Source: Nitrospirales bacterium (GTDB taxonomy: Bacteria; Nitrospirota; Nitrospiria; Nitrospirales; UBA8639). Taken from it: a stretch of 64,000 nucleotides of DNA. The notes beneath the pieces are model-generated. The model saw only the letters and a program-made list of their open reading frames with translations, ran no database searches and was not told where the DNA came from. Position numbers and translations under genes: made by a program. Shown in pieces: positions 48,001-61,596 of this stretch (the stretch's first letter is position 1; the number at the start of each line of letters is the position of its first letter). The stretch is from contig CBDBCZ010000018.1 in the NCBI GenBank assembly GCA_965203295.1, positions 576,001 to 640,000 on the forward strand. The letters are read 5' to 3'.

Positions 48001-49749
48001 ACTGTACATCAGCTTAGTGATACAGGAGCAACACTGTAAGGCACTTGTGCCCATTAGCTATTTTGTGAACACACTGCAGTAGTGGGTGAATGATGATTAA
48101 TCACACCTTGGAAGCTCAAAGGAGATTGGACATATTTGACCTTTTGTATCAGGTTGTATTATAATTACATGATGTATACAATCTAACGTTAATCTTGCAC
48201 GACACCGACGATAAGGAGCCCTTCATATTGCAAATACCACAGGGAAAGAATCAAAAATCTAGCCTAATTTTCTCCAGACGATCGCTTTGAAAATTGACTT
48301 GCAAGAAGAAAACCTATTGCTGGTGTAAAATTTAGAATTTCCCATCACAACTCAAGGACCTTGGCTGTCTTTGAAGTGATAATTCTATCTCTGAATATCT
48401 CTCATGAGCAGATGACAAACACACTCTCGAGGCGACACCTTTGACTAAATAGTATTTGCTAGCAGCATTGAGGAGGCTATGGCCAGGTGATTCATAGTCT
48501 TCAAGTTTAACGAACTTCACTAGCTCCATATAGTTATTGTTTTACCGGTGTCAGAGTGTGCCTTTTTACATGTTTCAGCTCCGAATTTTTTTTCCTCCCC
48601 CTCTGGTCACACATAATGAAAATCAATTATGTAACTTGCCCGACCTCCACTGTTGGAAGCCACTTTTGAATCCATGTTAGCTGTACCTTCCATACGAGGA
48701 TTGCTCTAAGCTCTAAGCCTTACAGTGTGGCAAAAATTCTGCAATTTTATGTCTTTAGTGCAATTTTATTGGGGATTGGGTGTACATTATGTGTGTGTTA
48801 TATAACTTTTGCACTCTGCAGTAGTTAACCATGGAACCTTCTCTTCCTCAGTCAAGTATACAAAGTGCAAACCCTTCGTCCTGGGGAACATGAGATAGTG
48901 AGGGTCAAGCTGAGCGATTCTAAAAAGATTCTTGTAGTGAGTTAGGGGGTGGGGCTTGGCAGGGAGAAACGCTACTAGTAACTTCATTTTCAGTTACGAT
49001 TGCTGTATACTTCAATTCGCTCATTATCACCTCTTCCCTCCCTACCTCCTCAGCTGTTCTACATTGAGCAGCAGTCTAGTGAGACCCAGAGGTTCCCACT
49101 CACCAGAGACCATGAAGTGAGAAAGGCTTCATCTTTGCTATTTATGTGCTCCCACACCTGTGAGTTGAGACCTGGGACATGTTGTTGCTCCGCAGGAGAC
49201 AACAGTCAACATTCGTGGTCACCAGTTTGTGGAGATCGTGTACCACACTCCCTCCAACTGTGACGTCTGCAACAAGACACTGCCCTGGTCCATCAACGTT
49301 TTCAGAAAAGGACAGGTCTCCTATGAGTGCAAACGTGAGTTCACTCCATGCCAGCACTATATAGGCTGGTGTTATAAAGATTCCCACACACATTTATTGA
49401 AATGACCTTCATAACTACACTGCCGAATTTGGGCAACACCACTGTTGGTTTCTAATCAGGTGCTTCCCCCACGGTTTACTTTAACCTGCATTCATGTACG
49501 GCAACATCTAGTAGCCTGAGCTATCTCGTATCTAGTACATTACATCAAGATGATGTTATTCTAGGTTGCCACCTGAAGTGTCATAAGGAACATGTGGACA
49601 AGGGGGAGTCAACCATTCAGCCATGTGTGGATGGAGAATTGAAGAAGTTGCTCCTACTCATTAAGAATACAGAGGATCGTTCCCGGTGGCTCAACCAACT
49701 CTCCCGTATTACTCGGGGGGATTCCCAGAGGCCACCCAGCCCATTGTGA
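45022..49749 (+). CDS. Gene A: putative TRADD-N-like domain + Death domain + coiled coil + ROCK-type split PH/C1 (~756 aa)
   Basis: Twelve phase-compatible coding exons: 45022-45360 (GC donor), 45462-45639, 45870-46157 (Death domain: WHGLGLFLGI...VLVEWMQ...ATWSTLVHALSSIG), 46245-46294, 46367-46885, 46956-47180, 47608-47712, 47818-47912, 48852-48936, 49054-49116, 49196-49334, 49565-49749. Total 2271 nt with no internal stop. Confidence 0.8.
47608..49749 (+). CDS. Six exons encoding a Rho-kinase (ROCK)-type split PH domain with internal C1 zinc finger; no kinase domain in window
   Basis: PEERLAEPHPVLEQHTCQMQIPKGHNPRKQGWKDV/VMVISFTMRRLRIFGKEEEIEAGPPITTFEFS/QVYKVQTLRPGEHEIVRVKLSDSKKILV/LFYIEQQ..DHE/ETTVNIRGHQFVEIVYHTPSNCDVCNKTLPW..YECKR/CHLKCHKEHVDKGESTIQPC..KKLLLLIKNTEDRSRWLNQLSR parallels the ROCK C-terminus (GWKK, GHEF..YHFPANCDAC, ECRRCHVKCHRDH, LLLA..QKKWV). 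Confidence 0.85.
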
Positions 49750-50550
49750 GCTTATATCAGCGCAACATACTATTCTGCTTGTCTTTAATGTTGAAGTTGT
49801 TATGGTTAGGTCCAACTGAAGTTTAGAAATGTCAAAATTCATGACAGTGTATTCACCCTTGTAGCTTGACAACACGGCAATGGAAGGCCATAAAAACAAA
49901 TCAGGGCTTGAGTTTTAAGTCCAGAAACAAAAGTTTCAATGTGCACCGTCATTTCATGCAGGTAGAAAAATTCCCCTACCAGTTCAAAGCACATTTGTGG
50001 TAAATCCGTCCGAATACAAAATACAGATGCCACGGCAGTATTTGTAGGTCTAAAAGGTACATGGTGAAGCTTTGAGAATGAAGATTTATTGCCCTTTGTT
50101 AGGGAAATGGATTTGTAAACTTAGCTCTGTGCACTCTCGAGGTAGAATATAAGTCTTCGTTGTCAATGTTTAGACATGCAGGCCTTCGGAAGTTTTATTA
50201 TAACTGCGAATCAATCCTATGTGTAGCTCGAGAGTGCAAAAATTTCTCGCAACAGATTCAGCACTCAATACACTTATGCAGGGATTACAATACTTCATAT
50301 GTCTTATATTCTTGTGCGCTTGTGTACTTTTCCATGACTACCAGTGGACGGAGTCATCACTTCCAGTTCCTAACTTTAATTGAACCAAAAAAAAATTTTT
50401 TAGCAGGAGCTAAAATACTACGAAAAGTAAACATCTTGGGCGGAAAAAGCTACTAATAATATACTTACCAAATTAACCCTGTTAGACTGAGTGTTTTACT
50501 ACCCCTTTATAAGGTTTTTGTTTTTTAAAAACCTTTTGACCAAAACTGAA

Positions 50551-50722
50551 TCCACTACTCTCCCAAACTTGCATCCTCTAATGCACCACAAAGGTCTGTA
50601 GCAGTCCAGCGGCCGCCAGAAACGCAGCAGGCACCACACAATTATGCTACCTACACTGGCTCAGGATCCAGACACAGACTCCCATTGCCTGTGGAGTTGC
50701 TACAAAACTCAGACTGAAGAGA
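50551..50722 (+). pseudogene. Orphaned remnant of the ancestral 7th coding exon of gene A
   Basis: Homologous to 56966-57142 of gene B but lacks the acceptor and first codons, and has TGG>TGA at 50715-50717. Confidence 0.8.
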
Positions 50723-51992
50723 TTGTAAGTTACACTTTGCTCCATTTCACTTTCCTCCATGCACACAGTTTGGCTAAGCAGCCTAGAAGGGATGCAGTTA
50801 TTACACATTGTGGTGTGCGTGTGGTTGGCAAGATGTAGAGATGGTAACCCCTTAAATTTCTGTGGTGTGATTTCTACCTTGCTTGGTTCCTTTTTTTGTG
50901 ATTCTATCATTACTTCTTCCTTTTTTTCATTGTTTTTCAATAAATAATGTGTAATATATTAGCTTACGCCTGTATCCTGTGCAATGATTTTAGAGATATA
51001 CAGCTTGTGATGGGTGATATATAACATACCAACATCACATCTCTTTCTGGGGTGAACTGGTCTTCAGCTGTCCTTATAAATGTATGTAGGCTGCATCCAT
51101 TTACATTGGGAGGTTTATTTAGACAATCACGGGTGAACTGAACCTAAGCTACACTTGCATTTACACAATAGGGGTGCCTAACAGACTTCATACATGCAAA
51201 ATTAGGCTAATAAACCCTTTCTGTTGCCAAAATACATGTACAGGAAGAAGAAATTTCATAGTTGAGCCTGTATGAAGGCCTTTGGTTAGAAAATCAGCTC
51301 ATACAAACACAACAGCCTTTCCCCAAGTGTGTATACCAGTTGGAATGAGTTTGTAATAAAAATTATTTCTAGTGTATTATTTTCAAGTACCTCAGTGTTA
51401 TCGTACTGTAGCCAGATAGTCTCCTTTAGATCTACTTTAATCAAGAATCGTTATAGTTGCTATGTGCCCTCAAGAGACACTCCCAACATAGTGAGCATAG
51501 TGATCTGATGCAGCCATTGCCTAACCTTGAATCCAGCCGTCCCAGCTTTTTTTTTCCCGTTTGCTTGAAGAAAAAGCCCCCCTAAAAGGCCGGGATAGCA
51601 GAGTTTGAGGCTAGCATTTAATAGTAAAGAAGGAGAGCACATAAATTTAACTGTATTCCTGTGTCTTTGTGTATGCTAGTGATTACTCAACTATAGCAAT
51701 GAAATCGCAATTAATTGCACCCTACTTGTTCTCTGTCTTTGTACACAGTGCCACCCCTTTCCACAACAAGCCAAGATCACCAATGAACCATTCACTGTCG
51801 CAGACACTGTTTAGCTACATACAATCGTTTTTCTCATCCTTTATTGTGATTAAGTATGACACATCAAGTATTGTAGTCTCTGCATATACAACTTTGGGAT
51901 CTTACATACTCTGGCACCTGCTGTTCAGGTAACCATGTAGTCACAACAAGTAGGCCTGCATGAGCTAATTGTTTACACAAACGGTTGGCGTA

Positions 51993-52003
51993 GGGAGTTT
52001 CCC
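51993..52003 (+). promoter_or_regulatory. kB-like site upstream of gene B
   Basis: GGGAGTTTCCC at the position equivalent to the first site of gene A; the second site is degenerate; TTACGTCA retained nearby. Confidence 0.5.
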
Positions 52004-52390
52004 TTGTCGCTTTGTCGCGCCCTCGGTACCATCCAGAGAAGAACTCCTTTACGTCATTTGGCTAACCTTTGTGCTGTACTACGTGTAGTGTTCTGTGAAG
52101 CGTGGCACGGCAGAATCGGCAGGCAATCAACGATCATTAACGACAGTCAGGCAGTCTGTTAATAGACGGTCGTACTTCCAACCAGGTAATGTACCGAGTA
52201 ACGCTCGCACCTAGGCCTACAGGAAAGGGGAGGAGCTTCCCTTCACTGCCACTGTCACTGGTGCAGCATGCTGTGATGCCCTAGCCTGTAGCGTGATGTA
52301 CCATATGACTTTAATATCTCCTAGCTACTGGTCTATGTAGGACAATGTTCCAGAGTGGGTTTATACATTTTAGTACATGTACTAATATAT

Positions 52391-52534
<144 letters not shown>

Positions 52535-53566
52535 TTGCACTGCTCTTCAATAGTACCTAAGTATCACATGGAATTATCGGACGTTAGGCATGCTCTCTGT
52601 GGATACCCCACCCACTTAGGATTAGGAGTTCACGCACTACTGCAATATGCATGTATGTCCACAGGTCAAGGCCATGGATGAACCATCCAGCGTCTAGTTG
52701 TTTATGAGGCCCAGTATCGGCTGTGTCTTCCAGCATTATGGTTAAGGTTTCCTAATTTGTCTCAAAACAATCATTGCTACTTTGTAACCTACTCCCAAAT
52801 CCGCAGCTATAGACTGCTTTGTGTAAGCTACTGACCGATTCGTTGTCCTGCCATCAACTCAAGACTACCCAGGACACGAACTGACAATTGAGTAAATTAT
52901 TAGGTAATTCTACATTGAAATTAATGTGTACATGCACGGAGGCTAACCATAACTATGTTTGAAGATGGAAAAGTCATGAAATGCATATGCATGCCTGTAG
53001 GTGCAGTAGAGTAATAAACTAGTTAGCTCTTGCTTAAAGTTCATTCTACTGATTTCTATAACCCTTTAATATAAATCATTGAAATAAGTGGATGATTGTA
53101 TCACATAACTGTTCTTATAGACAAAATGCACATGGTGTGTTATTTTTCTTGACTGATGTAATTATATTTACTTTCTTACAGGTTATGTAATGGCTAGTAC
53201 ACGCATTTTTAATACGGCAGTTGGTCACGCCTACAGCTTGAATGCGGACATACACGAGCGCTAGAGTATGGTCATGGGCTCCTGGTATGGTATACGAGTC
53301 TTTTATTCAACATGGAGCTTAGAAGAGATACTCAGATATAGAAAGCATACTGGAGTATACGTAGAGAAACGCATGTATCACTACGGCGATCAGCCACGCC
53401 TACAGCTCGTATATGGCGTTACAGTCAGCAGGGTCCAGGAGCGTGGTGTATGTCTCTGCTAGAGACCTCTAGTTGAAATAAGTGGATGATTGTATCACAT
53501 ATACAAATTACACATGTGTGATATTTTTCTTGACTGATGTAATTATATTTGCTTACAGGTGATGAA

Positions 53567-56500
53567 ATGGCTAGTACAAAGAGCCCAGTTTACTTCAATC
53601 CCAACACCACATACTACAGAAGCCACTTCGCCCTCAAGACAATAATTCAGCTAGTTTCTGAAGAGGAGGAGCCACCAAGCCGCAGTTTTCAGCTAGACTT
53701 TAATCCTGTCTGGTCTGACATTTGCCAGATGCTGCGGTGGTATGGAGCTAACCAGGTGGGCAAGCTCAGGACTGTACCTGACACACTCATGGAGGTGCAG
53801 TTTGCTTCAGACAAAGCCCTGAAAAAGTTTCTGCAGTCCCAGCAGAAGATAGAGACAGGTATGGCCGAGGTCATGACTACAAGATTGCGTGCCGACAAGC
53901 TTCAGGCAAGCAGAATGTATATTGCTATAGTGCGCATGTAATCTCTGTATACATCTTTGAGACGAACATGGTTAACGTGTACAATGTACGCTTTGTTTAC
54001 CAACAGGATCCAAGCACCACCTTTAAGACCTCCACTATGCTGTTACTAGTAACTCCAAATGATACAACCGGCAGCATTGAATTTAGACCAGTCACGCTAG
54101 CCAACCATCGCAACTGTGTGTCCCTCTACATCAGGAGTAAGATGGCTGAGCTACCTAGTGACCCTGACACTGCATTGAAAGCAGGTAGTTCGCCTGCAAC
54201 AAAATTTAATTTTAGCTATATTGTTCGCAGATTTATTAAAATGACAGTGAAAAACAGTAGATGCACGCCATACTTCTTTTTATGACTTATGTTTTCATTT
54301 TGAAACAGTTTAGTGTAAGTTTAGTCTAAGCGTAAAATCCTTCTTCAAGGGGCACTAACATGAATTTTTATTATAGTATGCATGGGACATGGTATTATTG
54401 GTGGTCATTATAAAATTTAAATTTTATAAGTTCCGTTTTTAAATGCAGTTCCTGAGGATGTGTTAGCAGAGGATGACCTACCAGAGCTAATGAAGCTTCT
54501 GTCTGATGTTGTGGACTGGTACGGTTTGGGACTGGTCCTTGGAATACCATTCCACAAGCTACAAATGATAGAGAGTGACCTCTCTGGTGCACAAGTTGGG
54601 CGTACACTGCGGCTGTTGTCGTGTGTTCTTGTGGAGTGGATGCAGAACCACCAGGAAGCAACATGGTCTACTCTGGTTCATGCACTTTCTTCAATCGGGA
54701 AGCGACCAGCTGCACGCAGAATTGCCCATGAATACGGTACATGTGTATATGATGCTACACTATAGCTACTCCTACGTAAAATCTAGTGGCTCATTTGCTT
54801 GTTTCCTTCTACTGTACATGTAGGCATCCATATCGCAAATGAGTCTGTGTTGGAAGATCTCACCCCAGAAGAGGTATGGACCAAATTTTTACTGCATGCC
54901 ACATTAGTGTACAGTAATGCACTTCAATTCTTTTGATCAGAGTGAAAAGCTGCAGGAAATACTAGAGGAAATAAAGAAGGTGCTAAATAGCCAGCCCAGT
55001 GATATGGAAATGGTAAAAATACAAAATGCCATTAAGGAAGCTCAACAAAAGAAACAACTAACATTGAAAACCTTTGCCTCTATTGTTGAAGACACAATTT
55101 CCAAAGTCAAAGTACTCTTAGAACAGAAAGCAAACCTTGAGAAGCAAATCAACAAGAAAGAAAAGCAGTTACGTGAGCTCAGGAAGGGGCAGTGTGTGAC
55201 AGCCTTATTACTGAAGCATGAAGTAACAGAGCTGAAGCAGCAGCTACTGGAAACGGAGCAGGAGTTAAATGCTGCTAGAATTCAACACAGCAATGAGCTA
55301 TTCAAAACATTAGATGAAATCCGTGCCTTAACCAACCAAACCAAGCAGTTGATGAGTGAAAATGATTTACTAGGTGCAGAACTACACAGCAAAATGGCAC
55401 TCATTAATTGTCTTGAAACCTCAACCACATCTCTGATCCAGCTAACTGCCAACCTACAGGTGAGTACTATAAAACACCTAAGCATGCACTTATCATTATG
55501 TTTGAACCACACTTCTGTAGCTCAGTCTGGACGTGGCACTGCAACACCAGCAGCGATTAACATCTCAAATGTTACAGCAGGAAGAACAACACGAGCGTGA
55601 GGTTGCTGCATTGCGCAAGAAAGTGCACGTGCAGTGGAAACAAGATGAGCAGCAATCCAGCAGCCCAGAAGTTCTTAAAAACCTCAAGCAGATCAGCGAC
55701 AATGCACTCATGCAGTTAGACCTTCTGTCAGAAGAAAAACCTCAGGTAATGTTCTAGAAGAGCCTAATTTTTAATTAAAAAAGTTTTTCAGTAACTCATG
55801 AAACTCATGAGCTATGATCAAGATAAAATCTAAAAAAAAGGCTGCATGGTCGGTGGCATGGTTAATGTGTAGACAGCCACATTTCACCGGGAGGCCATAA
55901 TATTACTGTGGCTGGCATCTGATTGTAGCTAATTAGTCTTGCCTCAACAACAGTTGTCTAGCACCTGGTGTGCACCTGATATCATATATAGTAACCAGCT
56001 AGCTGTTGTTGAGAGCCAGTAGGTCTGCCGCCTACTCATTTATAACTTCACATTCAAAGGTAGAGCTCCAACTGTATAGCTCCTTCATTGCCGTTATCAT
56101 TGTCATTTTCAATCGTCAGCCAAACAGCCACCTGATAAATTCAGTTGTACGTACGTAAGGAGAGATTCAAACCATTATAGGTATTCAGGCTTGTGAGGCT
56201 TTCTACCAGAGTTAGGGCATTTTGAGTAATGAATAATTATCTCATTAAAACAATAGCAGGAAATGGGTGCACTTCACACAACACTCTCCATGCTCCACAG
56301 TGTCATTCCAGACACCATCTACCTCAGTGAAAAGTGTTAAGTTGATAGTCTAGCGAGTCAAGCCTTACACACACAGTGCAAACCCATGCGACTTTGCAAA
56401 CACTGACGAAAAATAATAATAATTATTGGCAAAAAGTGGAGTGACCCAAGTCTCCCCTCACTATAGTTCAGGTGGCCCTGAGACTTTCCTATACACCATT

Positions 56501-59303
56501 CTGTACAGATAAAATCCGGAGAGGAAGCCTGCATGCCTATATGTTTTGACAGTCATACCTCACTTTAAGTAATTGTTCTTACTTCAGCTTAGCAACAGGT
56601 GTGCACCATTAGAGAAACCCAAGCCAAACATCCACCTGAAAAACTGTTGTATTAAAGTGATAACCATTAGTCCAAAGTTTCCCAGCTGTAAAATCTAGTT
56701 ACAGAGGTAGAGTCAGAGGTAATTATTATCAGGCTGAAGTTGAAGTGCACTGTGTATGAAGCCCACAATCACACTGTAGGAGGGTGTATTGTGTGCTGGT
56801 GACGGTTGGTTAGAAAGCTGGCAGACTGGCAGTGGTCTCTATATAAGGGATGGTCAAGCACTTAACTATTAGTGCCCACTGAATATTCATTAATTTTCTA
56901 GTAGGATTGTGTTTCGTTTCCTTCCCACCAGAAAATCCTGGAGGAACAGGAGCTCTGCTGTGTGAACCACTCCACCAATCTTGCATCCCCTAATGCACCG
57001 CAAAGCACCATGTCTGTAGCTGTCCAGCAGCCGTCAGAAACACAGCAGGCACCACACAATTATGCTACCTACACTAACTCAGGATCCAAACACAGACACC
57101 CATTGCCTGAGCAGTTGCTACCGAACTCAGACTGGGGAGATTGTAAGTTACACTTTGCTCCATTGCACTTTCCTCCATGAACACATTTGGGCTAAGCAGC
57201 CTAGCTGTTGATATACATCATGTGCATGCGGTTGTCAAGATGTAGGGATGGTAATTCGTGGTGTCACCATTACCTTGTTTGGTCCCTTTCTTGCAATTCC
57301 ATCTTTCATGCTTTTTCATTTTTTTTCAATTAACTCGCTTCAGAGCTGATGTGCACATATCACCCATCACGCTAGAATCATGCACGGGTTATAGGTGTAA
57401 GTTGTACAAAGCAACATCACCTCTCCTCCAGGGTAAACTGATCTTCAGCTTTCCTTATGTATGAAGGCTGTATCCATATAATATATGGATACAGCCTTCA
57501 TATTATATACATTGTGAGGTTTATTTTGACACTCATGGGTGAACTGAACCAGAATGATTTTAGGAAGCAAAGACCACTTAGTTGAGCTTGTTGTTTGGTT
57601 AGTGTAGAAAATGAGCATAGGCTTCTATGCAAAGTATTTCCCCTGTATACAAACACAAGAGACTTTCCCGAGAGTGTATACCGGTCGGAATCAGTTCGTA
57701 GTAAGATAATGAATTATATTCAAGTAACTCAATGTTTTCATACTGTTCCCTGAAAATCCCTTTCACAGCCGTTGTAGTTGCTATGTCATTCCCAGAGACT
57801 CCCCCCACATTATAAGCATAGTGAACCTAGCCATCCCAGCTTCTTTCACTTGCTGGAAGAAAGAGCAATAAAAGGTTGGACGGCGGTGTTTGAGGCTAGA
57901 AGCAAGAGCACATGAATTATTATCTTTCCAGCCTCCATTAGAGAAAGAGCGTATAACTTTTGAACCTTTCAAACAGATGGACCAACTGAACCTTAGTAAA
58001 ATTATTGTAGTCTGACCATATTACAGTTAACATGGAGTACGGTAGTACTCCATAGTTAGGGATGGCTCTAAAACAAAATGGCGTCTCCATTAACTGTGTA
58101 TAAAATAACATGTTCAGAACTCTGCTGCAGGTGTTGTCTAGGGCTTACTTATATGAGCCCTACCAGTTATTTTCAAGTGTTGTCATCACTAAATAACATC
58201 ATTGAAGTACCAACCAGTTAAACAGGCAGATTCAACAATCTTCTGATTCTGATTCTTCAGCAAGGCTAGCGCAATAATGTCAGAAGCGATTACAATGATT
58301 CTAACACGAATAGGCATCATTTTCTCCGGACTATTACACTCATTGCATAGCGTATTCGCACAATCGAATAGTTTAGGCAGTCATTCACGAGTATTCTTGA
58401 GCGGAAGCTCGCTGTTGCACGCCATTTAATGACTTGGATTACGTAATGCTTAGACTGCATGTGTTCGTCTATTAAACGCCTACCTTTGATCGCAGACTGC
58501 CTGGGCTTGAGCTGCGAGTTGTATCTCCTGGTTCATTACTGCGTAAGTTACGCAAGCTTTAGTTATAAAAATGAAGACACTTTTATTCACATGGCAGATT
58601 ATATTTGTTCGGTGAACGGCTTCTGGCCAGATGTGCTGTTGAAGAAATTAAACCATATTCTTGTGTAACCAGACTAACCGGTATCATAAGGAAAAGACTC
58701 CATTTATAAGTTACGTTCTAATGAGATGAATAATACTGGAGGGGGCAGACAGCTATTTGCAGTACACGTCTTTGTCTTTGGTGTGTGCATGCAGTGCCAT
58801 GCCATTGATGGAACTGTCCACGCACAGCCAATAATGACTGATACAACTGCCCCCAGTTAAACACAGACACTGCACTGCATCTACTGCACTCTACAACTAG
58901 CCTCGAACCCAGACCTTCCATGGACCTTTCAAAATCTGCATGGAAGGCCTCAGTTCGAGGCTACTCTAACGCCACTTGATCAATACTGCACATGCATATT
59001 GCACATGCATACCACACACAACCATGTGTCATTTGTTCGATCCCTAACGTTGAGCAATCACTAGCATACACAAAGTTGCATAAATAAAGTTCCCCGCCCC
59101 CGAACTCTGTGGTGCCAGCACAGCAGTAAAGAAATTAAATTACTGGTGAGTGGTGAGTAGTACAGCTCAGCAACCTATTCTCCATCTTGTACACAGTGCC
59201 ACCCCTTTCACCAGCAAGCCAAGTTCACCATGCCAGTCCGAACATGCGAAAACTTTTCAGATACACAAACCCAGTCTTAAAAAAAGTGGAGTATTGGGTA
59301 TGA
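53567..59303 (+). CDS. Gene B: putative TRADD-N-like domain + Death domain + coiled coil + low-complexity tail (~615-640 aa)
   Basis: Exons 53567-53905 (GC donor), 54007-54184, 54449-54736, 54824-54873, 54941-55459, 55521-55745 have the same lengths as in gene A. They are followed by 56932-57142 and a probable last exon 59197-59303 (LPPLSPASQ..EYWV*). An alternative end is the read-through stop at 57180. Confidence 0.8.
58898..58963. mobile_element. Short TAGCCTCG...CGAGGCTA palindromic element
   Basis: TAGCCTCGAACCCAGACCTTCCATG / CATGGAAGGCCTCAGTTCGAGGCTA; related ends at ~7361, ~16641, ~30111, ~40973, ~51522-51613, ~57825-57898. Confidence 0.7.
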
Positions 59304-61596
59304 TTGAAGTAAATTTTTGTGTATGTTTTACAATTATTTTTCTCATCCTTTATCACCTTGAGATTAGTATGACATGTCAAGTATTGTAGTTCCAGAATAC
59401 CACTTCGGGTTCTATCTAACTCCTACCTACATACTGCAAGTCAAAACAGCTACGTATTGTTTGCCGTGAAAAGCTGCTCAAAATATGATTTGTCATACAC
59501 TCGTGCATTTTTAAATCGATCATTGTACAATTTATGCATTTTCCAGTACATCATAATAGCTTGGCCCACTATGTCTTGCAGACCTTAATTTATCCACTAC
59601 TAATCTGTATGTAACTCCAATTAGAAGAGATCTCTGCTTTTTGGAACTTAGCTATTTGCTGTCTCGCAAATGCCACCAGACAGTAGAGTGCGCAATGAGC
59701 TAAGGTGGCAATGTGGGTGTATGCGATATAGTTTTAGAGGGACGAGATTGTACCGTTATAAATAGTTGCAAACAAAAGATCTGAGTCAGAGTCTATACAG
59801 ATGCCCACTGCTTCCCGGCCACTGTCAGCATGGCATGTGCATGCAGTACCCACCACCATAGCATATCACACAACTACTACAAGTAACAACACGCAGTAGT
59901 GCATGGTAGCAGGGAGCTGGGACTATAAAACACCAAACGGCACCAAACGGCAGCATACCATAAAATAATGCTCCACTATCTCATACAGCTGACACCTGCC
60001 CAGGAGAAAAGCTGTCGCTATGTGGAAATACATGCATTCTATTGTCATCCCTTCCTGAGCTATGACATACACATTTCACAGCTCACTCATGAGGATCATA
60101 CAGCAGTCAATGAAATCTACGCAGTAGCAGTGGCACACAGAGGTACATTGGTAGCTAATGAACATGCCAAGCTTATTCATTCATCTCAAACGCTAATTTG
60201 CATTCCACAAAATTCACAACTTGTCTCTCTCTCTCAAGCCATGTTGGTTAGTTGTACAGGTATATACTAGTTCAGCCATCATTGGCGGCATCAGAGCGAA
60301 TGTTTTCACATCAGGCAAGGATCACCTTTGTATAGAAGATTTTTTCAGCTACAATAAAAGACTTTAACTCTCTTGAGTATAATATTATAGGTAATTTTTG
60401 TAGTATTGGTATTGGTTTAAATTTTTCAATTTCATTGGGTAATAGGCATAATCGGGAATAATAGGTAAGGCAAAAAGAATGATAGGTGTAATCCCTGAGA
60501 ATTAAAGAATAGAATAATAATGGGTAGAAAAATTGACTAGCTTGGCAATGGGTTTGAGGTGAGGGTAGCTAGTGCATATGTACACCAGCATCAGCCCTAG
60601 ATTACACAGCTGTGTCATATTATAGCTAACTAAGACCTGTTCATGTAGCTACTCCATGCAGTCCTTTTTGTTGATAACAATTCCATTTTGTTGATCTCCA
60701 TGATAACCCATCTGAACTCAGCTAGACTCGTGCCCAGTTTGGATGCTCAGCCACGCGCGATATTCACCGTACCCATTATATTCTTAAAAATATTAACCTA
60801 TTATTCTCGCATAATTGTCTATCTCTCCTGGCAGTCAGGGGAAGGACTACTAATACATACTCTGTAAAACAGTCCATGACTACTCCCCTTGCACAAATGC
60901 GTGGATCCACGTCAGTGATCTACCAGCCCCTCAAAGCAATGTTGTCACCAACAGAACTCCTACTTACGGCTGGAACAAAGGCAGACAGAATTCAGTGTAC
61001 ATGCATGTACAAAGGGATCCTCAGGATTGAGCGATTGGTTTATCTTATACACCAGTAGTTGATACTGTATTATTCATTCTATTGCTACTAGAGATATGCA
61101 GGGCATAGTGGGGCAAGCCTTCGCGCAACATAGGCCTATAGCGTGCAGTAGAAAACGTGATGACGATGAGGGATATATAATTTAAGTAACTTGAAAGTGT
61201 ACAAGAATGTGGAGAACGCTCCAGAGTGCATTCCTGTCAGTATGTTCTATCATAGATAATCTATGCACTAAACTATCTATGGTTCTATGGTCTCTGCTCA
61301 GTGATGAGGTCCATCGCCCCCTTGAAGCAGAGCAGGAGCATCAGAGTGTAGTGCCTACACTACAGCACACTAGCTGATATTTTCACAGCATGGCAGTCAA
61401 AAAGGAACTGGATAAGCTTAGCTTATAACTATGACAAGCTCACTGGGTACAGTCATGGCAAGCTAGTGACATAAGAGAATGAGTGTATGAAAGCGGCCAT
61501 CCTAAATACTAAATGTTTGGTCAAGCAATGAGGGAATATATCCGATATTAATTCCTGCAGTTCCTACTTGTGGCCAAGTAGAAATTTGAAAATGAG

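Noticed and set aside
48787..48987. Minus-strand ORF suggesting a nested gene
   Set aside because: It is the antisense shadow of PH exon 48852-48936.
47608..49749. Calling this the ROCK gene itself
   Set aside because: No kinase or Rho-binding exons lie upstream; the upstream exons belong to the Death-domain gene, so no gene symbol was assigned.
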